Assembly (NCBI GenBank): GCA_965203055.1
Contig: OZ241863.1
Span: forward strand, 4,288,001 to 4,352,000
Length of the DNA: 64,000 nucleotides
DNA from: Spirochaetia bacterium
GTDB taxonomy: Bacteria; Spirochaetota; Spirochaetia; SZUA-6; Bin103
Direction: 5' to 3'
Part shown: positions 58,139 to 64,000 of the stretch, piece after piece
Layout: each line of letters starts with the position of its first letter
Position numbering within the stretch: the stretch's first letter is position 1
Notes under the pieces: model-generated
Told to the model about the DNA's origin: nothing
Seen by the model: only the letters and a program-made list of their open reading frames with translations
The model's database searches: none
Program-made: the position numbers and the translations under genes

Positions 58139-59410
58139 TTACTCGCCGGCCTCGATCAACATCCGCACGAAGTCCGCCGGCGAGGCTCCGCCCACTACCA
58201 TGGCGCCGATCGCCTGGCCGATCTCCAGGATCACCTCGGAGGGGTAGTGCACGAAGATCGGCGTTCCGACGAAGGAAGCGTTGCCGACGATGCGCACGAA
58301 CTCCTGCAGCAACGGATCGAGATCGTCGCCCAACTCGTACTTGATGGCGAACATGGAACCCGCTTCCTCGGTGATCATCTGCACGTTGGCCGGCGCGGTG
58401 AGCCACTGCATGAACTTCACCACCGCGTCCCGCCGGTGCGGATCGTCGGTGTTGGCGGCGGCCAGGTTGGAGAGCGGGAAGCCAAGGGTAAAGCCGTGGT
58501 GGTCGCCCGCCTGGGGCGCGTAGGCGAGCCTGGTGGCGGCGTGGGTCTCCGGCGCGTCGCGGCGGATGCGGCCAATGTACCAGGGGCCGTTGATGAACAC
58601 CGCGGTGTCCTGCGCCATGTAATGGCCGCCCGAGACGCCGGCGTCGCCGCCAACCGCGTCGGCGGTGGTGTTGCCGTCCTGGTAGAGGCGCAGCAGGATC
58701 GCGGCAGCGTCGGTGAACAGCGGGTCCGACAGCGGGCGTTCCCACACCTCCGGCCCGCCCAGGCTGGTGGCGATGTGCGAATACCACAACATCGAGGTCC
58801 AGGCGTTGGTTCCCCCGGTCATCTGCGAGGTGGGGATGATGCCGGCGGCCTTGAGCTGCTCGGCGGCCGCCCAGAACTGCTCCATGGTCTGCGGGAACTC
58901 GGCGACGCCGGCGCGCTCGAACAGCGCCGTGTTGTACCAGATCGGCACCACCCCGATCTCGAACGGCACACTTTTGGCGCGGCCGTCGCGGGTCGCGCCC
59001 GCCACCGCTCCCGCCACGTAGGTATCGCCCCAGGGGCCGGCCAGATCGTCGGTGAAGTCCAGCAGCAGGTCGCTGGCGTAGTATTGGAACTGCGTCGGGC
59101 CGGGGGAGAACACGAAGACGTCGGGCACTTGCCCCACCGCCATGCCGGTCTGGATCTTGGTGCGGTAGCCGTCGGTGTCGGGGTTGGGTTCGAGGACGAC
59201 CTCGATGCTGCCTTCGTGGTCGGCGTTGAACTGATCGATCAACGCCGCGATCGGGGCGGCCTTGGAGTCCTGCCCCACCCAGAAGGTGGGGAACTGCAGC
59301 TCGGTCACGATAGCGGCGGCCTCGCCGTCGCCCCCGGCAACGGCCAAGGTGGCTGCCCACGGCAGCAGTGCCGCCGCCAGCAGCGATCGGAAACGGGTAG
59401 AACTGGTCAT
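58139..59410 (-). CDS. Carbohydrate ABC transporter substrate-binding protein
   Basis: Signal peptide; VPDVF, IWYNTALFERAGV, FINGPWY. Confidence 0.9.
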   Translation of the reverse strand: MTSSTRFRSLLAAALLPWAATLAVAGGDGEAAAIVTELQFPTFWVGQDSKAAPIAALIDQFNADHEGSIEVVLEPNPDTDGYRTKIQTGMAVGQVPDVFVFSPGPTQFQYYASDLLLDFTDDLAGPWGDTYVAGAVAGATRDGRAKSVPFEIGVVPIWYNTALFERAGVAEFPQTMEQFWAAAEQLKAAGIIPTSQMTGGTNAWTSMLWYSHIATSLGGPEVWERPLSDPLFTDAAAILLRLYQDGNTTADAVGGDAGVSGGHYMAQDTAVFINGPWYIGRIRRDAPETHAATRLAYAPQAGDHHGFTLGFPLSNLAAANTDDPHRRDAVVKFMQWLTAPANVQMITEEAGSMFAIKYELGDDLDPLLQEFVRIVGNASFVGTPIFVHYPSEVILEIGQAIGAMVVGGASPADFVRMLIEAGE

Positions 59411-59458
59411 GCCCAAACCATAACCACGCCGCCCTCCTCCGTCAATGCCCCGGTCGAG

Positions 59459-60315
59459 TCACGGCTCGTGAGTCTCTTTCAGTACTCGAAAACAGGGGTT
59501 TCGCTCTGCCCACTCCCGGAGATCCCGGCCAAGTTGCGAGTCGGTCAACTCTTGCCACTGGTACGCCAACCGCAAACATCGCCGAAGCTCGTCCGGCGAC
59601 ACGGCCCCGGCATTGTTGGTCCCCAACGCCCTGCGAAGTCCGATACTCAGTATTTCGACCATGTCGGTACCGCAACAGACCAACCACGGATCGTTCACCG
59701 TGCTCCTGATACTGAGAATCTCCTGAACGGTATCATCATACGCCAAGTCCGACCGCTGAGATCGATTCTTCACTTCCCGAACCAGTTCTCGCACATCGGT
59801 CTGTAGCGAATCGCGGTCAACGAATCTCGCGTACCTCATACCATCGAACTTCAGGGTCAATTCGGAACGTCTCGAATGGAGACGCAAACATCCGATGGGA
59901 AGAGCGGCGTCAATCAGTTCTTTCCGTGGGTTCTGGGCTCGGCAGGAAATCTTCTTCCTACTCCCGAACTCAATCAGCACGCTTTCAAGCGCAGTCGACT
60001 TGATAAGCAAGGCTTCCAAGTCATACGTCTCGATGAACATGAGGTTGCTGCTCTGCCACGAGTAGCCCGCTACGTGGTCCAAGTCCGCGTCGATCACTCC
60101 GACGAAGCCGGAGAAGTTGTCGTCTGCGTCGAGTATCTCGATAACGTCGATAACGTTGGTTTTCCGCCTGCCACTTGGACTGCGCAGTAGCTGCGATTGA
60201 CGAACCGTTCGAAGAACAGGCGGTCGTCGCGCCCCTCGACGATCAGAAAGCATCCTGCGTAGTGAGATCGCTTCATTCGTATCGAGTTAGCTATAGCGTC
60301 CGGGCCGCGTGTCAC
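59459..60315 (-). pseudogene. DUF4435 (TOPRIM-like) protein, PARIS AriB-like; frameshift at ~60160
   Basis: GTG 60315 overlaps the ATPase stop. FLIVEGRDDRLFF...VAGGK in one frame continues as TNVIDVIEIL...GVIDADLD...YDLEALL in another. Confidence 0.8.
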
Positions 60316-61630
60316 TCGACGTTCGGCCCGCTCAATTTGACAGTCAGGTCCCACTTGTCGGCGATGATTTCCGGCGAATGTGTAGCAAGAAGAGCTCTGA
60401 AATGGGATATTTTGGCCATTTTTTCTAAATCGCTTACGAACTGTTCCTGCCATGCGACATGCAGTGACAGCTCGGGTTCATCGATAAGGATGAGGGAGTT
60501 CTTCGACGTGCGAAAAAGCAGCTCATAGAGGATCACGAGCTCGTGCTGCTCGCCGGAAGATAGTAGATCCAGATCGAGGTCTGCGCCGGTCCATGAGACT
60601 ACCCTCAGGCCCGCTGCGCTCACGCTCACCCGCTTATATCGCAGGCGTGAATTCGCAATCGTCATGAACGCATCTATTTTCAGGTATGTGTCGTCGAATA
60701 CATGAAGTTTTGTTTCGTGTCTTGCGCATAGACTGAGAGCACGTCAAGCCGTGATGGGTCCACGTTATTCAGGTCAGGAATGTCGATACTATCGTGACCA
60801 GTCGACAGCAATCCTGCTTCCTCAAGCAGCGACTGACTGTTTTTGATTTCGTCCAGATCTTCGGCAAGTTTCTTCATCGATGTCTCCGACGTGCCATTGC
60901 CGGTTACCACACGGGCCGGAAACGTCCGATCCAGCGACTGAGACAGCGCTGCGTATTCAGCGATGGTCTTGCTTATACGACCGGCGAGCTCCTCGGAATA
61001 GACACGGACGGTGCGTTTCGGATCGCCGGTGCGAGTCAGGCGCTCGGTGTCGATGAACCGGATCGTGACGGCGCCTAGTACGTCTTGCAACCATGGCGGA
61101 AGACGCGGTGATCGCCCTAAATCCAATTCGTGTTGGTACAACGTGCGCACTTCGTCGAGATCTAGCAGCTCGCCTGTCTCTCTGTTACGCCAATGACTGA
61201 TGCCGACGCGATTCAGAATCGGTACGATATCCTCAATGCTGGCCAAGTTGGCCAGATCCATCCGTCGTCGGCGAGTGCGGGGATAAACCGTCCGTCGTCG
61301 GCGAACAGGAGGACGAAACGTCCAGGCTTGTCCGTTACCGTCCTGAAAGATCAACTTCGATTGTGGGCCATCATCGTCCTGTTTCGTATGGTCTTCCTTC
61401 TCAACGATCAGGCTCTTACCTTGATCGAATGAAACCTCCATGCTTCGGAACGATATTTCGGTAAGACGATGCAACGATTGGTTGAACAGCGTATCGATGA
61501 GCCTCAGCGTGGTCGTCTTTCCGAAACCGTTCGGGCCGATCACGATCATGACCCGCTCATCGGTGCGAAACTCCAAGTCGTGATCGAAGTGGTCGAATAG
61601 ACCTCGGACCCGTATGCGGTCGATATTCAT
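60312..61630 (-). pseudogene. AAA_15/AAA_21 ABC-type ATPase, PARIS AriA-like; frameshift at ~60710
   Basis: GPNGFGKTT in the 5' ORF; LSSGEQHE, LIDEPELSLHVAWQ, ATHSPE in the 3' ORF; restoring one A gives ...YAQDTKQKLHVFDDTYLKIDAFMTIAN. Confidence 0.85.
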
Positions 61631-61813
61631 CGCGGCGCTCCAGCTGGCGGTGACCTGAGCATACCCGATCCGCTCCTTTCCCGGAAGGGACGGGCTGTGG
61701 TACCGAAGGCCGTTGGAGACGATGCCGCGCCACGCGCCTGTGCCCGCCGCCTCGGTGGTTGACATGCAACCGGTCAATCTTGACCCTGCGGCGGGAGGCC
61801 GGCGCTAAGCCAC

Positions 61814-63052
61814 GTGAACGTTACGTTTCTGGAGTGCTCGCAGTGCGGCCAGCGCCATGATCGCGGCGTGCTGCACAACCTCTGCCGCGCCTGCGGCAAG
61901 CCGCTGCTGGTGCGCTACGATCTGGCCCGCGCCGCGCGCACCCTGGAGCGCAGCGCGCTGGCGGGCCGGGCGGCCAACTTGTGGCGCTACCGCGAGCTGC
62001 TGCCGGTGGTCCACGCCGCCAACGTGACCACCCTGGGTGAAGGCTGGACACCGTTGCTGCCGGCGGCCAACTTGGGCGCCCGGATGGGAGTGGAGCAGCT
62101 CTATCTCAAGGACGAGTCGGCCAATCCCACCGGCTCGTTCAAGGCGCGCGGCATGGCGGTGGCCGTGGCCATGGCGCGGGAGCTGGGGGCGCGGCGGCTG
62201 GCGGTGCCCTCCGCCGGAAACGCGGCCGGAGCGCTGGCCGCCTACGCCGCCCGCGCCGGCCTGCCGGCCACCATCTTCCTGCCGCGCGACGCCCCCGAGG
62301 CGAACCGCGTCGAGTGCCGGCTGAGCGGCGCCGAGGTGGTACTGGTGGACGGCTTGGTCGACGACTGCGCCCGCCTGCTGGCCGCCGGCGCCGAACGGAA
62401 CGGTTGGTTCGACGTGTCCACGCTTAAGGAGCCGTACCGCATCGAAGGCAAGAAGACGATGGGTTACGAGCTGGCCGAGCAGTTGGACTGGGAGCTGCCC
62501 GAGGTAATCGTCTACCCCACCGGCGGCGGCACCGGACTGATCGGCATGTGGAAGGCGTTCGACGAGCTGCAGCAGCTTGGATGGATCGATTCCCGGCGCC
62601 CGCGGATGATCGTCGTGCAGCCGAGCGGCTGCGCCCCGATCGTCGCCGCGTTCGAGGCCGGCGCCAACGCTGCCGCCGCCGTGCCGCAGCCGCGCACCGC
62701 AGCGGCCGGGCTGCGCATTCCGAAGCCGCTCGGCGACTTCCTGATCCTCGACATCGTGCGCCGCAGCGGGGGCCGGGCGCTGGCCGTGGAGGACGCGGAG
62801 ATCCTCGCCGCAGTGCAGGAGCTCGCCTCCGCGGAAGGGGTCTTCGCAGCCCCGGAGGGGGCCGCCTGCGTGCCCGCGCTGCGCCGCCTGCGCGAGCTCG
62901 GCGAGGTGCAGCCCGGAGACCGCGTGGTGCTGTTCAATACCGGGTCCGGCGTCAAGTATCTCGACCTGTGGCGGGACCGCGACGCGGAGCCATACAATGG
63001 AGACTTCGATGACTCGGTGGAATCTCGTCGTCACGGACGACACGGATCGTAG
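61814..63052 (+). CDS. thrC: Threonine synthase family PLP enzyme
   Basis: N-terminal CxxC...Cxx[57 protein letters not shown]. Confidence 0.88.
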   Translation: MNVTFLECSQCGQRHDRGVLHNLCRACGKPLLVRYDLARAARTLERSALAGRAANLWRYRELLPVVHAANVTTLGEGWTPLLPAANLGARMGVEQLYLKDESANPTGSFKARGMAVAVAMARELGARRLAVPSAGNAAGALAAYAARAGLPATIFLPRDAPEANRVECRLSGAEVVLVDGLVDDCARLLAAGAERNGWFDVSTLKEPYRIEGKKTMGYELAEQLDWELPEVIVYPTGGGTGLIGMWKAFDELQQLGWIDSRRPRMIVVQPSGCAPIVAAFEAGANAAAAVPQPRTAAAGLRIPKPLGDFLILDIVRRSGGRALAVEDAEILAAVQELASAEGVFAAPEGAACVPALRRLRELGEVQPGDRVVLFNTGSGVKYLDLWRDRDAEPYNGDFDDSVESRRHGRHGS

Positions 63053-63245
63053 CGTGCGCAGCTACTTGGCGCGGACGGGCGGAACGAAGGGCGACCTGTC
63101 GAAGTTCGTGGAGCGTGCGGTTCGCCAAGCGATCTTCTGGGACACGGTCGAGGCAGTCTGGGAACGCAACAAGCACCTGCCGGCCGCAGAAGTGCAGCGC
63201 GCCGCCGATGAAGCGGTCGCCGACGCCCGTTCGGATCGTTTCTAA
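63009..63245 (+). CDS. Ribbon-helix-helix protein (XACb0070-like, probable antitoxin)
   Basis: [21 protein letters not shown]...[12 protein letters not shown]...[12 protein letters not shown] upstream. Confidence 0.75.
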   Translation: MTRWNLVVTDDTDRSVRSYLARTGGTKGDLSKFVERAVRQAIFWDTVEAVWERNKHLPAAEVQRAADEAVADARSDRF

Positions 63246-63247
63246 GT

Positions 63248-64000
63248 CTAAGGAATTCTGAATCGGCGATGCAGATGGTGGCGGCCGCTGGCAGGGTCGA
63301 ACTCCCGCTGCACGTCGTCGCGCTCGCGCGGTCCTATCCGCGTCCACGTCGTAAGGTCCTTGCCGCACGACGTATCAAAACCATTTGGCAGTAAGATCCC
63401 TATCAGGTTGCTGATCAGGTAGCGGTCATGAAAATCGTCCCAGACGAATACCTTTGCCTGTAGACCGGTCGCCTGTAACCTCTCGCCGAGCGTCTGTCGA
63501 AAGTCATCCTCGAGTTGGTCGAAGTCAAGAACCCTGCGCTGCTGCCCCGATCCTTCGTAGCACACCCGGTGGATTTCGACGTGTGGCGCCGGTGTGCGGC
63601 TGCCTGCACCAGACAGAAGGTCGGAAAAGTCTTGGTACCGTTCTTTCGCCGGGTGCAGGTAAGGGTCAATGAACTGAATGGAGTTGGCGCAACGGAGGAC
63701 CAGATCGAGTTGCCGTCGGTACTCCGCTAACTTCCTTTGAAGTCGAATCGCCGGACTGCGGCTATTCCACCAAGCCGCACCATCGAGTCGATCGACTGGT
63801 GCTACCAGCGCCTCGGCTTGATACTTATCCTTGATCGGCCCGGTCACGATGATTCCGCCGGTCAACGTCAGCCGCGCGTGAGACGCCAGAGCCTCCTCAC
63901 ACCATGCAATATCATCAATGGGAACGGCGGGCGACTCTGACCGGGAACTGATCAGTCTACCCTGCGTCTCCAGTTTCTTCACCAGTTCCTTGCCTAGGCG
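63248..64000 (-). CDS. Hypothetical protein with PLD/MIT-C-like HDR motif (5' end outside window)
   Basis: Frame open to 64000; IQFIDPYL and FHDRYLISN...NGFD. Confidence 0.6.
   Translation of the reverse strand, partial: RLGKELVKKLETQGRLISSRSESPAVPIDDIAWCEEALASHARLTLTGGIIVTGPIKDKYQAEALVAPVDRLDGAAWWNSRSPAIRLQRKLAEYRRQLDLVLRCANSIQFIDPYLHPAKERYQDFSDLLSGAGSRTPAPHVEIHRVCYEGSGQQRRVLDFDQLEDDFRQTLGERLQATGLQAKVFVWDDFHDRYLISNLIGILLPNGFDTSCGKDLTTWTRIGPRERDDVQREFDPASGRHHLHRRFRIP

Noticed and set aside
1..64000. tRNA, rRNA, riboswitch, integrase or prophage genes
   Set aside because: None recognisable by eye; intergenic gaps are short. An Infernal/tRNAscan run would be needed to exclude small RNAs.

Overview
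High-GC bacterial window with no rRNA, tRNA or CRISPR array. The solute-binding-protein signal peptides and the LolD/LolE/LolA-like cluster suggest a high-GC Spirochaetota member (inference). Catabolic and transport genes are interleaved with conflict genes. The catabolic set includes allantoin degradation (puuE-alc-allA), two sulfatases, sugar epimerases/oxidoreductases, four ABC systems and threonine synthase. The conflict set includes HicAB, a RelE remnant with its XRE antitoxin, two Fic proteins, a lone HNH gene, AAA_14-DUF4143, AAA-PD-(D/E)XK, an ISL3 fragment, a frameshifted PARIS-like pair, an orphan RHH and a PLD-like gene at the edge. The best candidate for an undescribed system is a tightly coupled five-gene operon, nurA-herA-sbcD(mre11)-sbcC(rad50)-DUF4011 helicase/nuclease (Hhe-like), at 44368-56349. 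The second is a ~1.5 kb HNH cassette bounded by an exact 13-bp direct repeat, with its own promoter and internal palindromic repeats. All family calls come from motif recognition by eye, not database searches.
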